DNA from: an uncultured delta proteobacterium
GTDB taxonomy: Bacteria; Desulfobacterota; Syntrophobacteria; BM002
Assembly: GCA_963712115.1 (NCBI GenBank)
Contig: CAVQGX010000031.1
Span: 32,001-96,000 of the forward strand
DNA: 64,000 nt
Direction of reading: 5' to 3'
Shown here one piece after another: positions 10,337-19,298 of the stretch; position 1 is the stretch's first letter; each line of letters begins with the position of its first letter. Position numbers and translations under genes: made by a program. Under the pieces are notes generated by a model. It was given only the letters and a program-made list of their open reading frames with translations, made no database searches and had not been told where the DNA came from.

Positions 10337-12719
10337 TGGCGCGAGCTTTTCCTTCTGAACCCTTGGCGGCAGGCTCGGGGTATTCAATTCGCTGATGTGA
10401 TATTCCCATGAGAATCTGAATAAAACTCTTTGCGATTTCATGCAGATCTTTGAGTGTCAGCTCGCATTCGTCCAGCTGGCCATCGGAAAAAATCCTGTTG
10501 ACAATCTTCTGAACCAGTCCCTGAATCCTGGCAGCCGTTGGATCGGTAAGGGTGCGGGAGGCCGCCTCCACTGCATCTGCCAGTAGTACCAGGCCAGCCT
10601 CTTTGGTTTGCGGTTTTGGTCCGGGGTAGCGATAGTCCTGTTCTGAAACAGACGGCACATCCCCTCCTTTGCTGTTCTTGAGCTTTTCTTGCAGATCTAT
10701 TGCCTTTTGATAGAAAAAGGTGATGAGACTGGTGCCATGATGTTGTTGGATGATATCCTGAATTGCCTCACCTAGCCGATAATTCTTGGCCAGATCCACT
10801 CCATCTTTGACATGTGAAATGAGAATGAGACTGCTCATGGACGGAGCCAGTCGTTCGTGCTTGTTTTCTCCCCTCCCCTGATTCTCTACAAAATATAGGG
10901 GTTTCTTGATCTTGCCAACATCATGGTAGTAGGCAGCCACTCTGGCGAGGAGCGAATTTGCTCCAATATATTTCGCCGCCGCCTCTACCAAGTTGCCCAC
11001 CACGATACTGTGATGATAGGTACCAGGGACTTGCACCATGAGTTGTCTGAGCAAGGGCTGATCCATACTTGCCAGCTCCAGAAGCTTGACATCGGTGGTG
11101 TAGCCAAATCCTATTTCGGCTAGGGGACCCAAGCCAGTGGTTACCACACCGGCCAGGATTCCTCCAACAATGCCAAAAATCAAAGCAACCCCTGTCTGGG
11201 TGGTTAACAACTTTTGGTAGGCGAAAGTCATGAAAAGGATCACCACAGCATTGGTCAGACCGACAGTCAGTCCAGCCCTCAAGGGTGTGCTGCGATCCCT
11301 GCAGACTACTACACCCTGTACAGCTACAAGGGAGCCAATGAGGTAGTAGAACAACAGATCAATCTGACGGTCTAAAACCAAAGCGGCCAGCAAAGCAAGG
11401 AAGAAGGTGAATATGATGGCGATGGTGGGGCCGAAGAAGATTGTTACCAGCATTGCCCCGGCAGCCATGGGTAGCATATAGAAAATGGCCTCCTGGCTGA
11501 TAAAGGAAAAGCCACTGTGTATTGCATCAGCCACACCTACCGACAGCTTGGCGAGTACGAGCAAAATGGTGAGTAGTAGGGCGAGAAATAGCAGATCCTT
11601 GATCTTGGTGGGAAATTGTCGGACGTATTTTCCTGCCACGTGGACGACAAGCAAGAGGAGCAGCCCGCCCATGAGAGCAATGCCCAGCATGGTAAAGATG
11701 ACCCCGCGCTCAAATTTACCCTGGGCTTGCATTTGCAGCTTGAGCACCTGCTCCTGACCCAGCCTTTGGCCTTCTCGAACAATCATCTCCCCCTTTTTGA
11801 CCTGAAAAAAGACGGGTTTGACGGCTTCCACCGCCTTTTGTCTGCGCAGTTCGGTCTCATTGCGATTGAATGTCACGTTCGGGGGGAGCAATGCCTGGGC
11901 TAGATGTACGATGGCCGTGCGTACCTTCCTATTATCCTCTTCCAGTATGGCACCGGCTCTCAGTCGCATCTGCCGTCGAGCATCCTCGACACTCAAAAAC
12001 CTGAGGAGATCCATAACCCTGGATTCCTGGCCGCTTTGAACGCTTCTGAGCATTATTCCCTTCTGCATCTGACTGAGCAGAAAGGATTTATTGCCAACCA
12101 CACCGCCTGATAAAACACCGTCCACCAGTTCGATTATAGAGTTCTCAATGCGTAGATCGAATTTCTCGTTAACTAAAATGGCATAATCGGCATCGGAGAT
12201 GTTTATGCCGAGTTGAGCGTCGAAATCCTTCTTTTTCTCCAGGGCCAGCTCCTTGCCGGATTTATGGATACCGCTTAGACCTTTCCCGCTCGCCCCCTTC
12301 GCCGCCACACTTGATTCGGCTGGTTGCTGAAAGAGAGAACGCATGGGGGCAAAAACAGTCCCGAGTCTCTGACGCATATTTTCAACTGTTTCTTCGTCTA
12401 GATCATAGACGGCAAGAGACTCTCGTCCCGCCTCTTCTTTCTTTCGCTGGGTGGCTGCTTCGTCTGTCACCAAGAAGTCGTGGACTGCCTTAATACTATG
12501 ATCTACCACATCTCCCACCTGGAAGTTTACTGGCAGGACAATATAGTGAGGCGTAACTAAGACTCCCAATATTAAGCTGAAACCAACCAGAAGAAGCACC
12601 CTTTGCCACAGGGGCGAGAGAGCTCTGTCGGTTGGTTGAGCGCTATCACGGCGATCAAGACCAGCGGACCGTCTCTGGGAGTCACCGCTCTGCTGTCGCC
12701 TCTTTTTCAAAAACTCCAT
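10236..12719 (-). CDS. 7TM-HD (HDIG) membrane phosphohydrolase, PgpH-like
   Basis: Large extracytoplasmic domain, multi-TM block, PGTYHHS, YYHDVGK, QHHGT, YRYPGPKP, ADAVEAASR; phoH/ybeY synteny. Confidence 0.9.
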   Translation of the reverse strand: MEFLKKRRQQSGDSQRRSAGLDRRDSAQPTDRALSPLWQRVLLLVGFSLILGVLVTPHYIVLPVNFQVGDVVDHSIKAVHDFLVTDEAATQRKKEEAGRESLAVYDLDEETVENMRQRLGTVFAPMRSLFQQPAESSVAAKGASGKGLSGIHKSGKELALEKKKDFDAQLGINISDADYAILVNEKFDLRIENSIIELVDGVLSGGVVGNKSFLLSQMQKGIMLRSVQSGQESRVMDLLRFLSVEDARRQMRLRAGAILEEDNRKVRTAIVHLAQALLPPNVTFNRNETELRRQKAVEAVKPVFFQVKKGEMIVREGQRLGQEQVLKLQMQAQGKFERGVIFTMLGIALMGGLLLLLVVHVAGKYVRQFPTKIKDLLFLALLLTILLVLAKLSVGVADAIHSGFSFISQEAIFYMLPMAAGAMLVTIFFGPTIAIIFTFFLALLAALVLDRQIDLLFYYLIGSLVAVQGVVVCRDRSTPLRAGLTVGLTNAVVILFMTFAYQKLLTTQTGVALIFGIVGGILAGVVTTGLGPLAEIGFGYTTDVKLLELASMDQPLLRQLMVQVPGTYHHSIVVGNLVEAAAKYIGANSLLARVAAYYHDVGKIKKPLYFVENQGRGENKHERLAPSMSSLILISHVKDGVDLAKNYRLGEAIQDIIQQHHGTSLITFFYQKAIDLQEKLKNSKGGDVPSVSEQDYRYPGPKPQTKEAGLVLLADAVEAASRTLTDPTAARIQGLVQKIVNRIFSDGQLDECELTLKDLHEIAKSFIQILMGISHQRIEYPEPAAKGSEGKARANGDPGQRPTKRDRNGAREDKDEGEEDLKRLGML

Positions 12720-12926
12720 AGTGTTCCTTGCCCCAGCGAGTCATAGTAGGATGTGATAACTCGAGGAAGAACGCTCAGGGCCTAACCATTTTTCGGCCGT
12801 GCCTGGGGCTAGTTTATTCCCTTCCCCGATCCTTTGCACCCCAAAGTGCTATTGTTTAGCAAGCAAATTGTGAGCCATTTCCACCTTTAGCACTGCAGAT
12901 ATTGACCAGTCTACTGCTCTAAGTAC

Positions 12927-13922
12927 TTAGTTTCGCTTCTTTTTGTCGGCCCGTTCGTAAGCTTTGATGATATCTTGAACAAGCCGATGGCGAATGACAT
13001 CCTTATCAGTAAAGTAAACGAATTTCAATCCTTGGATACCGCCAAGTATCTTCATGGTCTCGATGAGCCCTGAAGTTGTCCCATTTGGCAGATCAATCTG
13101 AGTGACATCTCCAGTGATTACCGCCTTGGAACTTATCCCCAGGCGGGTTAAAAACATTTTCATCTGTTCAGAAGTCGTATTTTGGGCTTCATCGAGAATG
13201 ACAAAACTATCGTTCAGGGTGCGGCCTCTCATAAAGGCCAAAGGAGCTACCTCAATGACACCTCGCTGTAGCAAAGCGGAAGTCTGATCAAAATCAATCA
13301 TATCATGGAGGGCATCATAGAGCGGACGCAGGTAAGGGTTTACCTTTTCCGCTAGATCTCCGGGAAGAAAGCCCAGTTTCTCACCTGCTTCAACAGCCGG
13401 ACGCACCAGGATAATACGGTTGATTTCACCACCGTTGAGGGCCGATATCGCAGTCGCCATGGCCAGATAGGTCTTCCCAGTACCCGCCGGGCCTATGCCA
13501 AATACGATGTCATAGCTCCGAATAGCCTCTATGTACTCTTTCTGAGCAAGAGACTTAGGGGTGATTATTCTTTTCTTGGAGGTGACATAGACAGCATCCA
13601 GGAAGATGTCTTTAAGACGAGCCTTGAATTTGCCGCTCAGAATTTGAATTGCATGGTTGACATCGCTCGGATAGAGTGGATACCCCTCGCTGAGCAAGCC
13701 GTAAAGCTCTTCCAACACCCTTTTCGCCAGATTTACATCTGACTCTTCCCCAAATAGGGTAATCTGGTCGCCACGGAGGCTGAGCTTTACCTGGAGGGCT
13801 TTTTCAATAAGCTTAAGGTTGCTGCTACGCTCGCCGCAAAGGTTTTGCAGCAGAGCGTTGTCGTCAAAGGTGAGTATAAGTCCTCCTGAGCCATTGGCCC
13901 TAGCATTTACAGTCATGGACAA
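12927..13922 (-). CDS. phoH: PhoH-family ATPase
   Basis: [47 protein letters not shown]. Confidence 0.95.
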   Translation of the reverse strand: MSMTVNARANGSGGLILTFDDNALLQNLCGERSSNLKLIEKALQVKLSLRGDQITLFGEESDVNLAKRVLEELYGLLSEGYPLYPSDVNHAIQILSGKFKARLKDIFLDAVYVTSKKRIITPKSLAQKEYIEAIRSYDIVFGIGPAGTGKTYLAMATAISALNGGEINRIILVRPAVEAGEKLGFLPGDLAEKVNPYLRPLYDALHDMIDFDQTSALLQRGVIEVAPLAFMRGRTLNDSFVILDEAQNTTSEQMKMFLTRLGISSKAVITGDVTQIDLPNGTTSGLIETMKILGGIQGLKFVYFTDKDVIRHRLVQDIIKAYERADKKKRN

Positions 13923-13926
13923 CTCT

Positions 13927-14358
13927 CTATTCCTTTTCCCCCATGACCTGAATAATCAGGCGTCTGCGGCGCGCCCGGTTGTCGAAATTGATTAGCACTA
14001 TCTGTTGCCAGGTACCAAGGCTCAACCGCCCTTCCACCACAGGAATATGTAAAGAGGGTCCCAAGAGAGCGGCACGGACATGAGAGTAACCGTTACCGTC
14101 ACCCCAGCGCTGATCATGGGCGTAGGGGATGTCGCGAGGGACTAATCGCTCAATGGCATCTGCAAGATCCTGGATGACGCCACTCTCATATTCAATAGTT
14201 GTAAGTGCTCCTGTTGAGCCAGGCACAAAAAGAATCACTGCTCCGCGTACAATTTCACTCTGGGCCAGATGCTGACCCACCAGTCCGGTTATGTCAATGA
14301 TATCAGTACCGACGTCGCTGCTTATCTCAACAGTTTCAGTAATCACAGCCACGAGCAT
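13927..14358 (-). CDS. YjbQ/UPF0047 family protein
   Basis: [35 protein letters not shown]. Confidence 0.9.
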   Translation of the reverse strand: MLVAVITETVEISSDVGTDIIDITGLVGQHLAQSEIVRGAVILFVPGSTGALTTIEYESGVIQDLADAIERLVPRDIPYAHDQRWGDGNGYSHVRAALLGPSLHIPVVEGRLSLGTWQQIVLINFDNRARRRRLIIQVMGEKE

Positions 14359-14762
14359 TATCTCTCATTTAGCTTTAGTTCTCAACTCCGCTCAGCCATC
14401 GGGCCAAAGGCACAAGGCAATTCACTGTTCGTCTTTCCTCCTCGCGCTCCACGCCTTGTGCCGTGCGCCATATCGCCACTTGGAATGGCTTGGCCCTATC
14501 TATTGGATGTTCCATACATCTGAGCGCTGAATGTTGTTATTGTAAACCAGCTTGGATTTCTAACACAAACAGCAAGAGGCTGCAAGTCGAAGAGAGGGTC
14601 ATCACTCTCTTGATTTTCTCTTCATTTATCAACAAAAACCATTTATCCTTGACGACCAGGAGTGAATTTGGTACGTCCTACGCCAATTGAGACCCCTCAC
14701 TTTGAATGCAAAACTCCTCGTTTTTAATGCTGGGGATTCAGAGCCCGAGGAGTGGACGAATT

Positions 14763-14958
14763 ATGGAGTAATGGAGTAGTGGAGTACTGGAGGAATAGAA
14801 ATTCCAAATCACAAATCTCAAATAGCAAACAAATGACAATGACCAAAATCCGAAATTCCAAACTTGTTTTGGTCATTTAGTATTGGAATTTGAAATTTGT
14901 TTGTAATTTGGTGCTTGGAGTTTGGCATTTCATAGACTCCAACACTCCAATCCTCCAG
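14763..14958. repeat. AT-rich palindromic element nested inside inverted TGGAGTA(A/G/C) octamer arrays
   Basis: Octamers 14763-14793 and their complement 14936-14958 bracket a self-complementary block ~14799-14930. Confidence 0.8.
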
Positions 14959-15025
14959 TGGAATTCGTCCGATAAACGGTTGCCGCTCTCTAGCCAGACC
15001 CAGTGCACCTAGTTCACGAAAAGTT

Positions 15026-15586
15026 ATGAACATCCTCGATTTCATACTCTTAACAATATTAGCTATAGCCCTAATCCGTGGACTCATTCGCGGTATGATT
15101 CGGCAGGTCGCTTCCCTTTTGGGGCTCATTGCTGGCTTTGTTGTGGCTGGTCATCTTTACGTTGGACTAATCCCTCTGTTTAAAAGCCACTTTCCTTCAC
15201 TTCCCTACCTCGAGGTTTGTACTTACCTGGCTGTTTATATTGCTACCTGGTTGACCGTCGTGTTGCTGGGATATCTTTTTGTTAAGCTCAGTCGAGCCAT
15301 GCTCATGGCATGGGCGGACCGCCTTCTTGGCGGCATTCTGGGGTTTTTCAAAGGTCTGGTGACAGCAGTGATACTGGTTGCGGTGCTAACTCTGTTTCTT
15401 CCCAGCAAGTCTCGCATTCTGACAGATTCTCTCCTGTGCGTACATGTGCAAAGGGTCGGTTATTATTTTGTGCAATTGACCCCAAAGGAATTGCGGGACC
15501 GTTACAAAAAAAGACATGATACTCTCGTCCGTCGACTGGAAAAACAAAGGATCACAGAATCGATAGAGAAGAAAATTAAAAAGTGA
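15026..15586 (+). CDS. CvpA family membrane protein
   Basis: MNILD...GLIRG..RQ..SL, DRLLGGILG, four hydrophobic segments. Confidence 0.88.
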   Translation: MNILDFILLTILAIALIRGLIRGMIRQVASLLGLIAGFVVAGHLYVGLIPLFKSHFPSLPYLEVCTYLAVYIATWLTVVLLGYLFVKLSRAMLMAWADRLLGGILGFFKGLVTAVILVAVLTLFLPSKSRILTDSLLCVHVQRVGYYFVQLTPKELRDRYKKRHDTLVRRLEKQRITESIEKKIKK

Positions 15587-15765
15587 CCACTCCCTGCCTC
15601 TCGGGAGCATATGGTGTGCAAACCTATTGCCTCTGTTAGATTTTTCATTCTTTGAAATCTCCCCCGAAAAAGTCAAATTTAATATGATCATCTTGGGCCA
15701 TATGATATTCTTTGTGCTCTTTGTGATTAAATCTTTTCATTCTCATTAATGTTCAAGGTGACATT

Positions 15766-16539
15766 ATGTCTGAAACAGGTAAAGAGTTCGAAGGGTTGAT
15801 GGATTTAATGGCTCGACTCCGGGCTGAGGATGGCTGCCCGTGGGATCGTGAACAGACGCCCGCCACTATTAAGCGCTACCTTCTTGAGGAAGTTTATGAA
15901 GTTGTAGATGCAGTGGATCGTCAAGCTTCAGATCAGGTTGCTGACGAACTCGGCGATCTAATTTTCATGGCGATTTTTCTAGCCCATCTCTATGGCGAAG
16001 AAGGGCAGTTCCAGATGGACCAGGTACTTCGCAGGGTCGGCGACAAAATGGTGCGTCGACATCCCCATGTGTTTGGGGATCGCAAGGTAGATTCCGCTAG
16101 CCAGGTCAAGCTCAACTGGGAGGAAATTAAACAGCAGGAAAAACCTCAAAAGCCCCTAAGTGCTAATTTCAAAGATATACCACGTACACTTCCCGCTCTC
16201 ATGCGGGCATACCGAATACTTTCCCGACTGGGCCGGATATTGAAACGTCCCCTTAGCCGGGACGTCATACTTTCTGAACTAAACCGATCTTTCTCGAGAC
16301 TGTTAGAGCAGGAGGGCGAAAACGATGGCTCTGCGGTCACGGCCGCCCTTGGCAGGCTTCTGCTCCTCCTCGTGGCCGTTACAATGCCTGTGGGTATTCG
16401 TGCAGAGGAAGCTCTTACAGGGGCCTTGGAAAAATTCTATCAGCAAATTGAGCAAGTAGAAGCCAATTTTGTCAATAAAGGAAAAGACTGGCCGGAACTT
16501 TCCAGGACAGAAGAGCTTAAGTTATGGGAAGGGGTATGA
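15766..16539 (+). CDS. mazG: Nucleoside triphosphate pyrophosphohydrolase MazG (second domain degenerate)
   Basis: GCPWDREQT, EEVYE, DELGD, KMVRRHPHVF, W..IK..EK, LPAL.RA. Confidence 0.88.
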   Translation: MSETGKEFEGLMDLMARLRAEDGCPWDREQTPATIKRYLLEEVYEVVDAVDRQASDQVADELGDLIFMAIFLAHLYGEEGQFQMDQVLRRVGDKMVRRHPHVFGDRKVDSASQVKLNWEEIKQQEKPQKPLSANFKDIPRTLPALMRAYRILSRLGRILKRPLSRDVILSELNRSFSRLLEQEGENDGSAVTAALGRLLLLLVAVTMPVGIRAEEALTGALEKFYQQIEQVEANFVNKGKDWPELSRTEELKLWEGV

Positions 16540-16552
16540 ATCTGAAGAAAAA

Positions 16553-16827
16553 CCCTTGGCCGTGCACCCCACTTCGGGCTCAGCCTTACCATGGACCGTC
16601 CGCGTTGCAGCTCTGATCAGAGGTAACCACGACACAAACCGCAATACTTACCGCTGCTTCCTCCCGGACCTGACGGGGTTCGTATCCGTTTGTTGCGCGG
16701 TGTCCAATCAGCAACAACCACAGACAGGCCCCGGTCTAACTGTAACTCTCTGCAGGGAATTCAATCCCGCATAAGCGGATTTCGGGTTACAGGGCACCGC
16801 TAACTCCCCATCTAGCACGACCAAGGG
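16553..16827 (-). ncRNA. ffs: Signal recognition particle RNA, large bacterial type with Alu domain
   Basis: Minus strand: GTCGTGCTAGATGGGGAGTTAGCGGTGCCCTGTAACCCG (Bacillus scRNA-like Alu start), helix 8 TCAGGTCCGGGAGGAAGCAGC, end GTGCACGGCC; 5'/3' ends pair (16553-16565 with 16815-16827). Confidence 0.92.
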
Positions 16828-16922
16828 CCACATTCATTCTAGCTTGGCTGAAATGGGAATACTACCACAAACATCCCAAATCTCTTATCCCACAATTCTT
16901 TACCCCTCACCTTCTTCGCCGA

Positions 16923-17690
16923 TTATGCTCTTCTCCCTACTCCAGTGCCGTCATTGAGCAAAATTCTTCGGGGCTGTAGATGTTTAACCCGATCATATAG
17001 AGTTCCACCAGTACTTGGGCGGAGCAAGTGCTGCCAGCCCCCCACGTATGCCACCCGTCCCTTTTGGACTTGAGCATAGGTTTCCTTTAGCACTTGTGCC
17101 AATTCCATCTCTCGCTGCTCCCATAGGGGATCAGCAGACCAGGCTCGAATGAAAGCCGACGCTAGAGACTGCTCTTGCTCGTTCAAGAGATGGGCCGCAA
17201 TCTTATACTCCCTTTCAACCTCCTCTGGAAGAGTCGCAGGAGAGCATTTTAGCAGTACCTCGAGATTCTCGCTGCTCAGCAATCGTTGCCATTCCTCGTG
17301 TATCCAACCTTTGCTCCAGAGGGAAGAGTCGATGCAAGCAAGTGTGGCACCTGTATCTCGGCAGTATTTCTGGGCCATGCGGTATTCAAAGGGTACTGCG
17401 AGTTGAATCTGTATGGCATTGATCTGTCCCCAGTCTCGCCAGGAAACCTTGAGATTGCGAGCCAACCTCTTTACTCTTCTTATAAGCCGCCTTCGTAGGT
17501 GACGGGAGTTTCTTTGCCTGTAGAAAAGCCCATAGGGACTAACCTCCACGGCCAGTGCTATTGGACGCTCTTCTGCTAGAAGCTTTCTCAGCTTGACCGC
17601 GCCATGAGGATCCCGATGGACCGCGCCTATAAGGAGAAGCTCTTTGCCCAAAATCTCAGTCTCCTTCAAACGCACCTTCCCGCGTATCAC
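16923..17690 (-). CDS. Hypothetical protein, possible TraB/Tiki-like fold
   Basis: LIGAVH..., LAVE, FE, ID, RE..LA, VGGWQHL motif order. Confidence 0.55.
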   Translation of the reverse strand: MIRGKVRLKETEILGKELLLIGAVHRDPHGAVKLRKLLAEERPIALAVEVSPYGLFYRQRNSRHLRRRLIRRVKRLARNLKVSWRDWGQINAIQIQLAVPFEYRMAQKYCRDTGATLACIDSSLWSKGWIHEEWQRLLSSENLEVLLKCSPATLPEEVEREYKIAAHLLNEQEQSLASAFIRAWSADPLWEQREMELAQVLKETYAQVQKGRVAYVGGWQHLLRPSTGGTLYDRVKHLQPRRILLNDGTGVGRRA

Positions 17691-17960
17691 TAGGAACTAT
17701 AACTCCGAACGGAGAACACTCGATATCAAATTCGAAATCCTAAGCACGAAGCACGAAACAAATCCCAAATTCTAATGCTCCAATGTTCCAAACGAAACAA
17801 ACCTAAAATCGGTTACAGCAGGTTTTGGTCATTGAAGTTTTGGAAATTTGAATTTGTTTCGGATTTAGATATTCGGATTTCGGATTTATCTGCAAGTTCC
17901 GCGTTCCGAATTCGGCGTTTTAAGCCTTGGTGCCTAGTGCATAGTTCCTAGTGCCTAGTG
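17688..17960. repeat. Three-layer nested mirror repeat array
   Basis: CACTAGG units (17688-17700 / 17928-17960), AACTCCG/GTTCCGC units (17701-17717 / 17896-17920), central AT-rich palindrome ~17728-17887. Confidence 0.8.
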
Positions 17961-18649
17961 TTAAGTGGCCGGTGCCCACCCTTCATCTGTCCGTGTTGTT
18001 CCAGCAGTGGAATGAGTTCATGGAAGTGGGAGATATAATGGTCTGCCTCTAGTTGCTCATTGCGGTAAGCGATAAAAAGTACGCCTGCCCGTTGACTCGT
18101 TTCCCGGTCCACGTCGGAGTCTCCGATGTAGCAAGCTGCCTGAGGTGTGATCTCGAATGACAAAAGGATTTTATTGAGGGATTCCGGGTGTGGCTTTGGG
18201 TGACTCACATCAAGGGATGTTACCACCATGTCGAAGTACGGGTCTAGTCCAAATCTTTGCAGCAACTGCTTCATCGTCCGTGTTCGGCTTGTGGCAATGG
18301 CAGTTCTATACCGACGTATGAGTTTTTCCAAACACTCCAGTAATCCGGGCTCTAAGGCAAGTAAATCGATAAGGGGCTCATAGTCCATTTCCTGCCAAAG
18401 CCGCTTTGCCTCCTCAATTAGCCTGTCATCGACGAGCAAATACTCTAGCGACTCCTGCAGCGTGTGACAGTGCACATAATCTATTTGCTCCTCGCTGAGA
18501 GTCCCTTTGTTGAAGTGTGAGAGAAACTGATTGTAAAGGTAGGCGTTTGCTTTGCGGGAATCTACTATTACACCATCACAGTCAAATATTACGGCCTTGA
18601 TGGCTCCATCGTCGCGCGACACTATGGTTTTGGCGTTGGTGCTACTCAT
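17948..18649 (-). CDS. HAD-superfamily hydrolase (phosphoglycolate phosphatase-like)
   Basis: IFDCDGVIVDS, IATS, KPHPE, YIGDS..D. Confidence 0.9.
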   Translation of the reverse strand: MSSTNAKTIVSRDDGAIKAVIFDCDGVIVDSRKANAYLYNQFLSHFNKGTLSEEQIDYVHCHTLQESLEYLLVDDRLIEEAKRLWQEMDYEPLIDLLALEPGLLECLEKLIRRYRTAIATSRTRTMKQLLQRFGLDPYFDMVVTSLDVSHPKPHPESLNKILLSFEITPQAACYIGDSDVDRETSQRAGVLFIAYRNEQLEADHYISHFHELIPLLEQHGQMKGGHRPLNTRH

Positions 18650-18884
18650 CTTCCTCCCAGAGTTTGTCTCTTTTCATTCCCTTCAGAAACCTTTGGTTAC
18701 TGCGCCGATTCTTATCAACCTGCTTGAGAAATTTTCTCATCTCCCCATCAGGAAACATGGAGTTAAGATCGCGCCCTTCCTCTTGAAAGACCCTGTTCAG
18801 GTCCACCGGATCTACTGCAGATTCGGATTCTTCCCGTTCAAACTCTTCGACCTGCTCTTTTTTCTCGACCTGATCTGTGTTCAT
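18642..18884 (-). CDS. Small charged hypothetical protein
   Basis: GGAGG upstream of ATG 18884; overlaps HAD gene start. Confidence 0.6.
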   Translation of the reverse strand: MNTDQVEKKEQVEEFEREESESAVDPVDLNRVFQEEGRDLNSMFPDGEMRKFLKQVDKNRRSNQRFLKGMKRDKLWEEDE

Positions 18885-19098
18885 GCTTACCTCCAGAGTC
18901 ATTTGTCAGCAGCAATCCGTGCAGCTATATATCATGAGGCCGGATTTTTTTCAAAGGGCTAATGAAGGGGCAAATCTCGAGTAGTAGGTAGAAATAACAT
19001 TTCACATTTTACATTTCGCATTTTTCATTTATTATTTATTATTTAACTCATAGTTTTCACTATTTGCCCGATCCAATAATCTGAAATGGGCAATGCTA

Positions 19099-19281
19099 GC
19101 CCGGATGTTTCATGAATTGCTGTCGCGAGACCATGAACATGGGCGTGCCACCGGGCAACCGTACCGCGGGATTGGTTGCGAGGCGTACCTGAACGGTACG
19201 TCGCAGGAGCCGACACCCTAGGACGCCCGGGAGGACGGCCAAATCCAGGGTCGCAGCAGGCAATTCATGAAACATCCGGGC
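19099..19281. mobile_element. MITE-like element with perfect 22-bp terminal inverted repeats
   Basis: GCCCGGATGTTTCATGAATTGC (19099-19120) / complement (19260-19281); no transposase. Confidence 0.75.
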
Positions 19282-19298
19282 ATGATGAGAGATGAAAA

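Noticed and set aside
14818-15129. ORFs spanning repeat arrays (also 9787-10071, 43561-43764, 47350-47577, 60986-61249, 62372-62662)
   Set aside because: Translations of repeats or antisense to real genes; no protein-family motifs.
16469-16774. 101-aa plus-strand ORF
   Set aside because: Antisense to the SRP RNA; spurious.
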